Shown: positions 1 to 15,285, numbered from the stretch's first letter. The stretch is 64,000 nucleotides of DNA from Eledone cirrhosa (GCA_964016885.1 OZ024752.1:1116001-1180000), one strand, 5' to 3'. Notes: generated from the letters alone by a model not told the origin. Program-made: numbers and translations.

Positions 1-490
1 TATGTATGCATATATGTATGTGTGTGTATGTGTAACAGCACGTATGTATTGCGAAGAAAATGATTTCTTATATAATAAAATATATTTTATCAATTTACAA
101 TAGCCATAAACAAACTATAATTCTTACTGTCAGCAATAGAAAGATTATGGAGATAATATAATAAAGAATACAGATTACTTTTCTTTATCCTGACCAATGT
201 TATATTTATACCACATTTTTATTAGTTTTTTTTTATTCGGAAACGTTATAGCGAAGGTTATAACTTGAATGGAGTCGTTTTATGTAATGTGTTCGATTCA
301 TACAGATTACCAAATTTTAACAGTTTTTAGGGATGGTAAAATAAAACAGTACCAGAGTATTCTCTATTTATTTAATTTAACCGTTCTTCACAATATTTGG
401 TATTCTACCTACGTTATATATTAAAAGAAACAAGATTGAAATTAAAAAGAAAATATTGGTTATGGTGATGATTATTATTGATTTGATAAT

Positions 491-676
491 AATTGTTTCT
501 ACTTTTGGCACAAGGCCAGCATTTACCCAGTACATTACTGGTACTTTATTTTATCGACCCCGTAAGGATGAAAGGCAAAGTTGACCTCGGCGGGATTTGA
601 ACTCAGAATGGAAAGAGCCGTAACTCTATGCGTCAAAGCATGACGTCCGACCCTCTACCGATACTGCCAATCCACC
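491..676 (-). mobile_element. tRNA-derived SINE family 1, full length
   Basis: Minus strand has A-box-like TGGCAGTATCGG, B box GAGTTCAAATCC, central GCCTTTCATCCTTACGGGGTCGATAAAATAAAGTACC and tail GGCCTTGTGCCAAAAGTAGAAACAATTATT. TSD-like TTGATTTGATAAT on both sides. Confidence 0.9.
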
Positions 677-716
677 ATTGATTTGATAATGATAATAATA
701 ATAATAATAATAATAA

Positions 717-920
717 TGGCTTCTGATTTTGGCAAAAGGCCAGCAATTTACGGGGAGGGGAAAGTCGATAAAATCGACCCCAGTGCATTACTGGTGTTTT
801 ATTTTATCGACACCGTAAGGATGAAAGGCAAAGTTAACCTCGGCGGAATTTGAACTGGAACGTAATTGTATGCCGCAAAGCATGGTGTCCGATGCTCTAC
901 CAATACTGCCAATTCACCAC
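717..920 (-). mobile_element. SINE family 1, variant copy
   Basis: Same head and central block, with an extra GGGGTCGATTTTATCGAC segment before the tail. Confidence 0.8.
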
Positions 921-949
921 ACTAATAACAATAAGAACAACAACAATGA

Positions 950-2330
950 TAATAATAATGGTTTCTTTATTGGCCACAAGGGCTAACATGAAGAAAAACA
1001 TTGTAGACAGCACAAAAAAGAAACAAGTAAAACTTCCCCAGTTGGGGGGGGGGGGGGGCTCTCAGTGTCAATTGTGGAGAAAGCCCACAATAAAGCCACG
1101 GTTGCCTTGACCACTAGGGCAAGCGCTCTCTTCCAGTTTTCCCCCTACGATATAACAGGCACACGCTCAGGGCTAGCCCATTCACATGGGTCATTCTTGT
1201 CTCTCTCACCCACCTTTCAGCAAACTGGCTGGAAGGCAACACTTCCCTCTCAACCCTGATTTTCTTTCTCAGGTGAAACCTGAAAAAGTTAATGAGGGCG
1301 TCACCGAAGAGGAAAGTGCCCGTCTTCAACCCTTTCAGATGCGTCCACCATACGATCTCTTTTGCCACAGCCACCAGGAAGATAAAAACTTCCTGCCCTT
1401 CCTGGTTAAAGGAGGGCGGCAGGTTAATCTTCACGATGGACTCATCTGATAGCCGGATCCGTCCTACACGTGACAGCAGGTGTTCGACATAAACCCACAA
1501 GTCAGTGATGCTCGTACACTGGATGAGTGCATGCAGGATGGTTTCGTCGCCCTGCGCGCATCTCTGACAGGGCCGGCTGACGGCACTTCCATGCCTGTAG
1601 AGTTTATCTCGAACTGGCAAAGCTCCTCGGTAGCACTGCCAGGGATTTTTGGAAGTTGTCCATGGGCCTCATCATGAAAGTTCTCCCGAATAGATTTGCT
1701 AGTTGATTTTCGTCGACGCCCAGACGTCGTCGCTCTTTCCTTCCTCCGACTGGTCGAGGGCTGTAAGCGCCTGAAGACATCCCAGTCTCCAAAAGCTCCC
1801 TATCGGTCTTCGCTTGACCCAGGACTGCAGCTCTGTCAAGGAGAGAAGGAGCTAGGGAAATACGTGTCTAGCAAACGGTGACCACACCTGATTACCGTCG
1901 AGGAAGAGGTGGAGATGCCGTAGCCTGAGCGCATGTCTGCGTATCATCATCCACAGCATGCCCAGTCCTCCACGTAGCGGGTGTTGACAGTAGATGGACC
2001 GCCTGACCATCGAAGCGCGTCCCTTTCCCAAAAAGCGCAGTCAGGAAACAATTCTTCTCTGGGAGTAATTCCAGCGCAGTCAGGCCAGGCTTAAGACAAG
2101 GTACGACGGTCAGGCGGTAGTAGATGACGAACTCGATGTACGCGTTCGCCACCTCCGCTCGACCTTTCAGGGATAGCTTCCTCTCGACCCATTTCTGGGT
2201 GAGAAAGGCCACCATGCTCATCACCTCGTCCCAGATTTTGCCTGTCTGGAGTTCCAGATCAAACCAGACCCCGAGCAATTTTACCGGTTCGTCCGTCAAG
2301 CGCCCGATGACGCTGATGGACGGCATGGAT
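950..2330 (-). mobile_element. 5'-truncated Tx1/L1-clade LINE (ORF2 C-terminus plus 3' UTR), frameshifted
   Basis: ORFs 1892-2326 and 1114-1620 give VKLLGVWF, LSLKGRAEVANAYI and the CCHC knuckle CQRCAQGDETILHALIQC. The 3' UTR ends AATAAAGAAACC(ATT)n. Confidence 0.85.
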
Positions 2331-2341
2331 CAATAATAATA

Positions 2342-2690
2342 GGAGTGCAAGAAAAGAAGAAGGAGAAAATTAACCGATACCAGGATTTAAAGTGGGAATT
2401 ACAATGGAGTTGGGACTGCCATGAGATCAAGGTCGACCCGATTGTCATTGGAGCACTAGGTACTATCTCAACGAGTTTTCAAGGATGGTTAAAGAACATT
2501 ATTCCACTCCCCTTTTATGGAACACTTCAAAAGGCATGCTTGCTGGGAAGAGCAAGAACCCACCGATATGTCCTGAATATCTGAGGCTGCAAGTAGCGGG
2601 TTGATATTCATTTCAACAAACTTTCCAGTTAAATAACATCATTGACCGAGACTCCAAGAATAACAACATCAATAATAATAATAATTATTA
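2342..2690 (+). mobile_element. 3' fragment of an R4/Dong-type (restriction-like endonuclease) LINE
   Basis: ORF 2345-2584: EKINRYQDLKWEL..W..PIVIGALG..LQKACLLGRAR, a typical RLE C-terminus. Flanked by (AAT)n. Confidence 0.8.
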
Positions 2691-2704
2691 TTATTTCTAC
2701 TTTA

Positions 2705-2897
2705 GGCGGTGGATTGGCAGTATCGGTGGAGGGTCAGACGCCGCCATGCTTTGCAGGACAGTTACGTCCCTTTACGATCTGAGTTCAAATCCCGCTGAGG
2801 TTAACTTTGCCTTTCATCCTTACGGGGTCGATAAAATAAAGTACCAGTAATGTACTGAGTAATTGCTGGCCTTGTGCCAAAAGTAGAAACAATTATT
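2705..2897 (+). mobile_element. SINE family 1
   Basis: Full consensus match; ATTTCTACTTTAGGC duplicated at both ends. Confidence 0.9.
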
Positions 2898-2925
2898 TCT
2901 ACTTTAGGCACAAGGCCAGTATAAT

Positions 2926-3109
2926 AATTGTTTCTACTTTAGGCACAAGGCCAGCAATTACCCAGTGCATTATTGGTACTTTATTTTATCGACCCCATAA
3001 GGATGAAAGGCAAAGTCAACCTCGGCGGGTTTTGAACTCAGATCGTAAAGGGACGTAACTATGTTGGAAAGCATGGCGTCCGACCCTCCACCGATACTGC
3101 CAATCCACC
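2926..3109 (-). mobile_element. SINE family 1
   Basis: Full consensus match; CCAGTATAATAAT duplicated at both ends. Confidence 0.9.
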
Positions 3110-3124
3110 AGTATAATAATAATA

Positions 3125-3325
3125 AAGCTTGAGATTACCACCAGGGCAGGATTGTTGCCATATACACACTTCCTGGGGACAGCAAGAATTCTAAGTAGTG
3201 TGTTGGAAAGTTGAAGGATAAGGACTGATGCAATGGATCTTTGGCCATTGCCTATGGCTCGATCTTTTGGTATAGTGTCGCTAAAACCTCTACAAGAAAC
3301 AAAGCATCTCGAATAATAATAATAT
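3125..3325 (+). mobile_element. Short 3' end of an R4/Dong-type LINE
   Basis: 3170-3214 translates FLGTARILSSVLES*, followed by a short UTR and AATAATAAT. Confidence 0.65.
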
Positions 3326-3984
3326 TATGAAACATGCGTATATGAACTCATCAAATATCTTTCAAATTTTTGGATACAATTTGGTAATGTGATCGAATTG
3401 TATTTTAATATGGTCGATATTTGGCTAATACAACTTTAAGTCATGAACAAAGAAAATATGGGAGATAAATTTGGGCCCATTTTTATCACTACACTGTTTT
3501 GTAAGCAGGTATGTTAGTGAATTTAAAGAGGGGACAGACAGCAACACTGACAAGCTATCGCCATTCAAGTTGCCGTTTAGCTAGTGTGTGGTATCGCACT
3601 CAATTTGTATTTGATACCCTCTAAGGAGCAAAGTGGTGTAACACATTTTCCTCAAATGTTGGATAGCAGTTACAAGTAACTGTGGGAGTTTGTCTAATTA
3701 AGAACACTTAATAATCCACTCATGTCCTATACTATCTTGAATTTTTGTTAATTAGTAGCTGCTCTATACATTCCCACGGTCCCGTCTTTCCCCTACACTG
3801 CTCAGGTGGTCTGATGTTATTGGTTGCACAATGCCTCCGAGAACAGATTCAGACAACTAATGCCTGAGGTTCTCGTATGTTATTGGGCGGCAACGTTTAG
3901 CATGGGTGGTCTGGCCATTTTTGGGAAAGGCAATTAGTAGACACTGGCGTAACTCTTGTGCACCTTGTATGCATGCATATATGA

Positions 3985-4140
3985 GACGGCGAATTGGCAG
4001 TCGTTAGAACGTTGGATAGAATGCTTTATGATATTCAGTCCAGCTCTCTGTTCTCTCAATTCAAATCATGCTGCGGTTAACCTTGCCTTTCAGCCTTTCG
4101 AGGTCAATCAAAAAGGTACGAGTCTAATACTGGGGTCGAT
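3985..4140 (+). mobile_element. Old, diverged SINE family 1 relative
   Basis: TTGGCAGTCGTTAG...TTCAAATC...GCCTTTCAGCCTTTCGAGGTC...CTGGGGTCGAT. Confidence 0.65.
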
Positions 4141-4376
4141 TCTTCTTCTCCCTGGAAGAAATCTGCTGGATTAAGGCCTGGAGAGGGATGGGATCCACCA
4201 GGCTTAAAATGCCCAAGAACGGCGCATGTCAATAAGGCGCCCCTACGAATCCATCAAGAGTTATGGGACTATACGCACATGCATGAATAAGTCAAACAAC
4301 GATTAACTACAAGTGTTGAAGCAGCTTATAATAAACAATATTTTAGGTTATTTAATTCCATGTAAAATATAAAGTA

Positions 4377-4425
<49 letters not shown>

Positions 4426-4490
4426 TGGGAGAGAAGGTGAGTAATATTGTAGAACAATAAAACTATGCATATATCAGAGAAGTACCACAT

Positions 4491-4556
4491 TTTTATCTGA
4501 AGAGAACACAACATCCGTCCCAGGATGATGTTGTATTCGAAATACATATAATAAAA
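4491..4556 (+). ncRNA. Type I hammerhead ribozyme motif, family A
   Basis: TTTTAT-CTGAAGA-[GAACACAACATC..GATGTTGTATTC]-GAAA-TACATA-TA-ATAAAA: stem I 6 bp, long stem II, minimal stem III. Confidence 0.75.
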
Positions 4557-4592
4557 TATATGGAACTCTTATAACCATCTATATTTCATCTT

Positions 4593-5230
<638 letters not shown>

Positions 5231-5240
<10 letters not shown>

Positions 5241-5570
5241 AGATCAAAAGATGGTTAAAGGAGTTCCATGTATTTTATTATGCGCATTTCAAAAACAAAC
5301 ATCATCATGCAATAATATTTGTGTTTTCATCAGATAAAACAGGAGAACATGATATGAAGGCTAAAAAACACTTGTGGATAGTGCAGTTTTAAATCAACAT
5401 ATGTTGATTTAAAACTGCACTATCCACAAGTGTTTTTTAGCCTTCATATCATGTTCTCCTGTTTTATCTGATGAAAACACAAATATTATTGCATGATGAT
5501 GTTTGTTTTTGAAATGCGCATAATAAAATACATGGAACTCCTTTAACCATCTTTTGATCTTATATATTAT
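5231..5570. repeat. Perfect 340-bp palindrome with no spacer, centre 5400/5401
   Basis: AAATCAACAT|ATGTTGATTT at the centre; arms match out to ATAATATATA/TATATATTAT. Confidence 0.95.
5460..5530 (+). ncRNA. Type I hammerhead ribozyme motif, family A (mirror copy on minus strand at 5271-5341)
   Basis: TTTTAT-CTGATGA-[AAACACAAATATTATT..GATGATGTTTGTTTTT]-GAAA-TGCGCA-TA-ATAAAA; stem III ATGCGCAT is palindromic. Confidence 0.75.
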
Positions 5571-5653
5571 GTATACTCCAGTCCTACAAACTGTAGAGTG
5601 CTTCTTATCCGATATCTGCATTGCTTTATTGTACTACAATAAAACTCACCTCC

Positions 5654-6177
<524 letters not shown>

Positions 6178-6643
6178 TGCATACATATATGTTGATATAA
6201 TGTGTAGCATCTTCTTGTTGCATCTTAAATTATAACCTATTGTTCATGTGCTGCCTAAATTCTGTAGTTGGTTTGAAGTCATCTATCTATCGGTCATATT
6301 CTCTATGTGGTCTACTAACATATGTATACGTATGTATGATTCCGCTTCTTATGTGTTTGTGCGTCTACACACTTCACACTTGTATATCTGGCAGTATAGT
6401 GAGGTTCCCCTCTGTGATAAATTGAATTATAGTTTTTGTTTTTTATTACTTTATTTCCTCAAAATAGAGTGATATTGCACAGGTGCATGCTTGGAAATGG
6501 TTATATGGTTTTGAAATTCTTATATATATTTAAATTTGAAATTTTTTATTACACATCACTATACACCTTCAGGTCTTTATTTGCATTCACTCTGTCCCTC
6601 CTCCGCTCTCTTCATACATATATTTGATACACATGTATAGGTA

Positions 6644-6645
<2 letters not shown>

Positions 6646-6711
<66 letters not shown>

Positions 6712-6717
6712 TATATG

Positions 6718-6798
<81 letters not shown>

Positions 6799-6939
6799 TA
6801 TATGTATATATATATATGTATATATATATATGTTATATATATATGTATATATATATATGTATATATATATATGTATATATATATATTATATATATATATA
6901 TATATATGTTATATATGTATGTATATGTTATATATATAA

Positions 6940-6983
<44 letters not shown>

Positions 6984-7389
6984 GTATATATATATGTATA
7001 TATATATATATTTATGTATATATATATGTATATATATATATATTTATGTATATATATATGTATATATATATATATGTATATATATATGTATATGTATATA
7101 TATATGTATATATATATGTATATATATATGTATATATATATATATATTTATGTATATATATATGTATATATATATATATGTATATATATATGTATATGTA
7201 TATATATATGTATATATATATATACATATATATATATATGTATATATATATATACATATATATATATATGTATATATATACATATATATATATATATATT
7301 ATATATTATATACGTATATATATAAACAAATTCAGAAACGAAATATTATATATGTATATATATATATATTATATATGTATATATATATA

Positions 7390-7447
<58 letters not shown>

Positions 7448-7458
7448 ACACAGACACG

Positions 7459-7513
<55 letters not shown>

Positions 7514-7572
7514 CGTCTATGTGTGAGCGTGTATGTATGTGTTTGTGCGCTTCTGTATTATATATATGTTTT

Positions 7573-7604
<32 letters not shown>
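6646..7604. repeat. (TA)n/(TG)n compound microsatellite
   Basis: Read directly. Confidence 0.95.
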
Positions 7605-7896
7605 CCTTTTTTGGTGTTATTCACATGACATAGCGTTCCTCTGTTCTTACTTTATGAGTTTTGTAGAAGAGTTTACTTTTTTTCTTTTCGTGTAATAAAT
7701 AACTATTATTCTGCAATGTTTGAAAGATCGAAATCTGTTGAAGCTTTGTATTTTGTAGTGTATATATAACAGATTTGTAGACATCATTTCTGTAATAAAT
7801 TTCAAAGTAATGAAAAGGGGGAATTCAAATCAAGCTACAGTTAGGTTTTCTATCCTATTGTTTCTTTTTTTTATAAATTCTATCATTATTTTCCAA

Positions 7897-8086
7897 CGGT
7901 GATTGGCAGTATCAGTAGAGGGTCGGACGCCATGCTTTGCAGCAAAGAGTTATGGCCTTTTATGGTCTGAGTTCAAATCCCGCCGAGCTTAACTTTGTCT
8001 TTCATCCTTTCGGGGTCGATAAAATAAAGTACCTCTAATACACTGGGATAATTGCTGGCCTTGTGCCAAAAGTAGAAACAATTATT
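7897..8086 (+). mobile_element. SINE family 1
   Basis: Consensus match with A and B boxes and tail. Confidence 0.9.
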
Positions 8087-8139
8087 TTAAGGTAAGGGAA
8101 AGACATCATTAGGTCACGATCATATGATTTGTACGTATA

Positions 8140-8415
8140 GTCGCAAGTCCGGGCATGGTTGTTTGAGGAAGTCCAGCAGTCGCCCATACATACAGGTGTC
8201 ACCTCTCCACGTCACCGATATTTTCCAAGGGAAAGGCAATGGCTGTTAGAGCTTGGCACCAGTGACGGCGAAACTCATTTCTACAGCTGAGTAAACTGAA
8301 TTAACGTGAAATAAGGTATCTTGCTCAAGGACACAACGCATCACCCGGTGCAGGAATCTAACTCACAACCCCACGATTGTAAGTCTAACGCTCTATCCAC
8401 TAAGCCATGCGTCTT
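8140..8415 (-). mobile_element. tRNA-derived SINE family 2 (possibly CORE-type)
   Basis: Minus strand begins GCATGGCTTAGTGGATAGAGCGTTAGACT..GAGTTAGATTCC (tRNA-like head), then GTGTCCTTGAGCAAGATAC and ACTCAGCTGTAGAAATGAG. Confidence 0.7.
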
Positions 8416-9284
8416 TACTATCGTTATTTATATGTGCAATATCTAAATATTTAGTATAATTTCTGTTCCTCAAGTTTGTGAGAACAGGATAGATGGAATA
8501 TTTCATAATGCTTGGTAGCCTTTCCTCCAAGAAAATATCATCTTGTTTATATATGGTTTAACCATCCTTACGTGATCAGTAAAATAATGTACCAGTAACG
8601 TACCTCTCTCCATATATTTGGCCTTGTCCCTAAATCAGTGACAATTATTACACAGGTGAGTTTCTGTATAGTGTGATCGAAACTAAAAGCTCGTGGTTGT
8701 TAAATGAAATTCTTAATCACACATATATACCTGCATCTGAATTGGGTATGGAAAGTATAACTGTTTGAATATGATATAACATTTTAATATATATTTCCTT
8801 TATGTACTCTTACGAATTTCTTGAATGCTGTATGTATAATTCAATATAATATACGAATGAATGGATTTGAAATATTTTTAATTCAAAGGGGACATGTTGG
8901 CCAATTCTCATAAACGTTATATCTTATAATTTATATTAAAATGTAGGCAGCGTAGAATCAACATAACGAAGATGCATTATAATATAAAAGCCAGAAGCAT
9001 TTACATCTAGTGGCCATCAATAATATTAGGGTCATATATTTATTTGAAAACTGTAGAATTAATTAGAATCTTCAGTACCCTATGGTACTATTTTAAAATA
9101 TATAGATTTCTTGTATCGAATTTATGTTCAGATGACTGAAAACATAAAAATACGTAAAATAATCTAAAGAAAGTAAAATTGAGAGTCAATTGAGAATTGG
9201 AATAATATATTATTAAATTGAAGAATTCAGTTTAACATTGTATACATATTCCAATTATAGTAATAATAATGATGATGATGATAA

Positions 9285-9665
9285 TAATGGTTTTTACTTT
9301 AGACACAAGGCCAGCAAATGTTTTTTCGGGAGGGGAAATCGGCTCCAGTGCGTTACATTTATCGACCTCGTAAGGATGAAAGGCAAAGGTAATCTCGGCG
9401 GTATTAGACCTTGCAACATAAAGGGCTGTAACTCTATGCCACAATGTATGCAGTCCGATGGTCGAGCCCTAATAATAATTGTTTCTACTTTAGGCACAAG
9501 GCCAGCAATTACCCAGTGCATTACTGGTACTATATTTTATCGACCCCCGTAAGGATGAAAGGCAAAGTCAACCTCGGCGGGATTTCAACTCAGAACGTAA
9601 AGGGACGTAACTATGGTGGAAAGCATGGCGTCCGACCCTCTACCGATACTGCCAATCCACCGCCC
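9285..9665 (-). mobile_element. Two tandem SINE family 1 copies (about 9285-9465 diverged; 9476-9665 young)
   Basis: Two consecutive consensus matches on the minus strand. Confidence 0.85.
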
Positions 9666-9707
9666 TTACAGTAATAATAATAATAATAATAATAATAAAA
9701 ATATAAT

Positions 9708-10007
<300 letters not shown>

Positions 10008-10014
10008 TAGTTAT

Positions 10015-10255
10015 AGTTATACTTGGGGAGCGTCATATTGTTGTAATAATTTTGCCAGAAATAATAACAGAACACACTCACTGTCTGGTAGGTTTTTCGC
10101 TTCTTTATCTTTTACATCTCCATAGTTAATTTATTTGGCAATGAATGTTTATCATTGATTGACCAACAGTTAAAAATACAGATATAGATATATATATATA
10201 TATAGTCTAACAAAGTTCTTTCTTTGCACATCTGCAACATCATCAGTGATACTAT
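10015..10255 (-). mobile_element. Penelope-like pseudo-LTR fragment, family E (also 16520-16747, 39520-39740, 44971-45235)
   Basis: Shared block ACAGTGAGTGTGTTCTGTTATT..CTGGCAA..TATGAC.CTCCCCAAGTATAAC. Two copies lie next to CTGAYGATGTTGCAGATGTGCAA.GAAA. All sit beside (TA)n. Confidence 0.6.
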
Positions 10256-10946
10256 TATCATGTTGCCTCCTATTGTATTGTAATGTCTACACCATTTATA
10301 TTTTATTTATATATATATCTATTAAAATAACAGATTAAATTTTAAGCAAAGAATCACTGCTTTCACCCTTATATATATATATATATTTTCCCCTCTCTTT
10401 CTCCCTATCTACTCTTACCCCACTTTCTTCCTCTCCCTTTCCCCCTCTCACTTTCACCCCCTCGGCTAACCGTTTAGCAGTTCTTTTCTCACTTACAACT
10501 GCGGCGATCGGACGTGTATCTTGTTTCTCTCGATTACTCGGTCTCGAACTTAAGTTCTTTTATCGAGTGCTCTTGGATATCCTACCTATATTTGCTCGCA
10601 CATTGCTCGGTTTGTTTTTTTTTCGCTGTTTTGTTACTGTTTCTCTTTTCTTTCCCTTTGCTTTCCTTCCCTCCTTCCTTCGTCTTCCCAATAACCTATA
10701 CAGTTATTGACACCCTAGGGTGAATTGGTATCATGTCTTTAAAGCATAGAAATATCCTAGACCACCAGTAGACAACTGATGAGCAAAATTCCCCCCTCCA
10801 GTTCTTACTCTCTTCGTATTCCCACTGCATTTTAAGTCACCTTAAATAGCAACTGCACAACCATTTCTATTCTCCATATAAGTATATATATATATACATA
10901 CACCCTTATATATATATATACACGCACACACATATACATACATATA

Positions 10947-10987
<41 letters not shown>

Positions 10988-11173
10988 TTGATAGTACCAC
11001 ACTATATCAGTTGAAGCAAAATTTATTTGTCATTTAACCCCATAAATTATTCAGAAATATAATTAAATAATCGTTGATTACAATACCTATTGTTTGTTTT
11101 TGAATTTCGAAAACAGTGACATACAAATACAGCCTCAACAACTCACACACACATGAGCACACACTCATATAGT

Positions 11174-11233
<60 letters not shown>

Positions 11234-11667
11234 GTGTGTGTGTGTGTACTTGTAGGTGTGTACTTGTAGGTGTGTGCACATAATATATATATGTAATGGC
11301 TACCTCTAGAAGAAAGCATACTCAATGAATATAGAGTATATGCATTTGATTTAGGGACCCTGGGGTACAATACATTACAGTTTTCGACGAGTTTCACCTC
11401 AGGTGTGCATCATCAGACAATCCGCCAGGGCACGAATGTCGTTATGTGTGTGCACTTGTGTGCACTTGTAAAACATAGAATTGACATCTATTCCTTTGAA
11501 AATATCCAGTATAGTGACTCTCAATAACTGAAGATGAGAGCTACTTGTATAAATATCAACGTGAATATAGATCTCTGTGTATTTGTATTTTATTCTAAAT
11601 AATCCCCTTAGATTTATTAATTCATTTTGTGAATGAAATATATATGTAAGTCATTATATATTATATG

Positions 11668-11770
11668 TCTGAGTTCAAATCCCGCCTTTCATCCTTACGG
11701 GGTCGATAAAATAAAGTACCAGTAATGTACTGGTGATTGCTGGCCTTGTGCCAAAAGTAGAAACAATTAT
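11668..11770 (+). mobile_element. Truncated SINE family 1
   Basis: B box, central block and tail, with an internal deletion. Confidence 0.85.
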
Positions 11771-11803
11771 ATATTATATGTCACTTGGCGTTAATATTAA
11801 TAT

Positions 11804-11836
<33 letters not shown>

Positions 11837-12105
11837 GTCTATGCACATATAAGCTGCCATATCTAACGAGATGTCGAAAATGTGTCGGGTCCCGCCACTT
11901 TGATTGTACCCTTCGCTGAATGATATTAAAACAATTGTGATATGCAAATAAAGTTTGTACATATGTTACAACACTGACTTCAACTCTTTTAAATCTATTT
12001 ACACTCTGCACTCAACAGCAGTAACACTAGAATACAACCCAAACGAAACGGACCTCGTAACAACGCGCTCCGTTTGTAACTGTTGTTACACACCTATCTA
12101 ACGTT

Positions 12106-12157
<52 letters not shown>

Positions 12158-12466
12158 ACTGTTTCTACTTTTGGCACAAGGCCAGCAATTATCCTAGTGC
12201 ATTACTGGTACGTTATGGCCCACCTGGTTACTTACTACACTTCCTTCGTTATATATATATAAGTAACCAGGTGGACCATAACGCACCAAAGTACTCGATA
12301 CTGGGTAGTAGAGTGGGTAATAGAAAAAAGAGTCAGGAAAAGGGTCCTGATTATTTTCCTATATAAATATATATATATATATAAACCCGTGTTGAGATGT
12401 GAACCCAGAGCAGATTAAGACACGTAACTAATGCTCTTACATGTAAGAAATAAACAAAACAGAGAA

Positions 12467-12525
<59 letters not shown>

Positions 12526-13519
12526 TGGAAAAGGAGTAAGATATGGAGAGAATTGGAGGCAGAATGGGGAGATAGAGAGGTAAAAGGGATAGAGGTGGAG
12601 AAAGTTGCAAATGCAATATATAAATAATATGAAAAACAAGAACAGTTACAGAGCAGATAAAATAGCCTTCATCTATTAGAAAGCCTTATTAACTTCTACT
12701 GGTGTTGCCAGTATATATCGATTATAAGGGAAAGGAGTGAGTGAAATGGCGCAAACTTCCCTCTCATGTAGCAGCTGCAGTAGAAGAGATAGAAATAAAA
12801 TCAGGGATATATATTCTTATGTTTCATGTATTCGATATAATAATTTATTAAATTTAAATATTCGATTCTCTAAAACCGTCCGTATACAAAATACACACAA
12901 CACACGAAGAGAAGAAAATGCCAAAAAATCAGTAAGGTTTTGGGGGCGTAACACTATGGCCCTACATTGTGGGAAATTAGCCTAACACACACAGACACAC
13001 ACACATGTATATATACGTGAGTGTGCGTATGTATGAATGGGTGTGTATGCTACGTACATATTAAGGTGCAGGTATGTAACGAGAGTAATGTAAAGCTTCG
13101 TTTCAACTCACAAAAATTACAAGGACAAGCTTCCAACAGGTTATTTTCAACAATTTAGATCCATAATTAATGTTTTTGCAAACTATTAAATGTGATACAT
13201 AAAACATTAAATATTCTTTCAAGAATTTAAGAGAGCAAATTTTCATTTACGAGATTAAACATAGACAGATATATACAAGGGTATATTTTTCGCTAATTTG
13301 ATAATAGTATTATCGATATCATTGTGGTTATATTTCGATTTAATAACAGATGGAAGTAAACATTTTCTGAGCTTTATTTCATAAAGCATTTTGTTTCGTT
13401 TAATATTTCTTCTGTCATCTCATATATTATGATGTGAATTGATAATTGCAGTTTCATTTTATTACTACAAAAATCTTTCATATTTCCTCTATAAGATGAT
13501 AAGATCTTCAAAAGATTTA

Positions 13520-13575
<56 letters not shown>

Positions 13576-14235
13576 CATACACATACACACACACATATAT
13601 ATATTTGTATATATACCTATATATTTACATACACACACAGGCATACACATATACATATATGCGTATATATAAAACATAAAATACTGTATATGTCATTTTG
13701 TGTAAGCAGTCAAACGAAAGTTAAATCTGGGGGTAATTGGTCAATTAATCATTTAAGAAAGAAATATGTATCATATATAACTGACAAACTATTTCAAAGA
13801 CAGCATTCTCACTGACAATTTTCGTAAATGTCATATTTATAGAATCGCGTAGGGGTTAGGCTAAATATCAACATATTTTTCAATTCCACTTAAAAGTGAA
13901 GAAAAAAAATATATTATATAAAATAGATATTTGTTTTTGTGTAATCGATCATATTTTTTGTATGAAGCATAATTGCATACTAATAAGTTTTGAACCGCGA
14001 GTCAATCCTTGACGGGTGAGTGATGAAAAAAAGTCGGGGTGTGGTTTATAAAGCTAACAAAAAATGGGCACCTTTTCAATTGATACGCAAACAAACACCA
14101 AAAATATAAATACAAACGCATTTTCTTAACGCCGCTAATATTTTTTATGTATATATATGTAAGTGTGTATGTATTTATGTATGTATATATATTTATGTGT
14201 ATGTGTATGTATGCAAGCGTAAATCTGTATGTATG

Positions 14236-14293
<58 letters not shown>

Positions 14294-14370
14294 CTCTATG
14301 TAATTGAATCGCAAACAAAATAGATAAGTATATCATTTTTTAACGTCGGTAATTTTTTTTATCACTGCAT

Positions 14371-14471
<101 letters not shown>

Positions 14472-14501
14472 TAAATATAAATATATATATATGCTTATAT
14501 G

Positions 14502-14594
<93 letters not shown>

Positions 14595-15114
14595 TACATA
14601 TATATATATATAATATATATACATATATATACATTTATATATACATTTAAATATACATTTATAGACATTCCTGTCTAAGTAAGTAAATAATCTGAGATAT
14701 AACGAATTAAGAAACTTGTATATGCAAATAATTTAAGATGATAACGAATATGGTAAGTGGCCACATACTTTAGGATCACATATCGCAAGTTCACTCGAAG
14801 TAATTTGGAGAAAAGATAAACGCAAGTATATATGAAAGAGCTTCAATAAAATACAAGTAGAAACTTGGTTTTGGCGATATTGCATCCAATTATCTTATGC
14901 TTACTGTACCCTTCCCAGGGAGGTCAGTGGAGGCGAAATTGTGCAGAATTACGGTGAAACTATTTTTGTTTACTTATTTTTGCTACCGTCTAATTCGTAT
15001 GTTTGTATGTATGTTACAAGATTACAAGATTATGTCAAATATATATGTATATTATGATTGTTGTTGTTGTCGTTATTGTTGTTATTGTTGTTATTATTGT
15101 TAGTGTTGTTAATA

Positions 15115-15145
<31 letters not shown>

Positions 15146-15194
15146 GTATATATGTGTGTATATATATGTGTATATATATATATAATTTTTTTTC

Positions 15195-15253
15195 TCGTGC
15201 AATAGCCATACTCGATAACGAGGGGACAGCCATCATGTATGTATGTATGTATG

Positions 15254-15285
<32 letters not shown>

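Noticed and set aside
3600-3930. Possible Tc1-like remnant on the minus strand
   Set aside because: No DDE motif or TIR pair identified.
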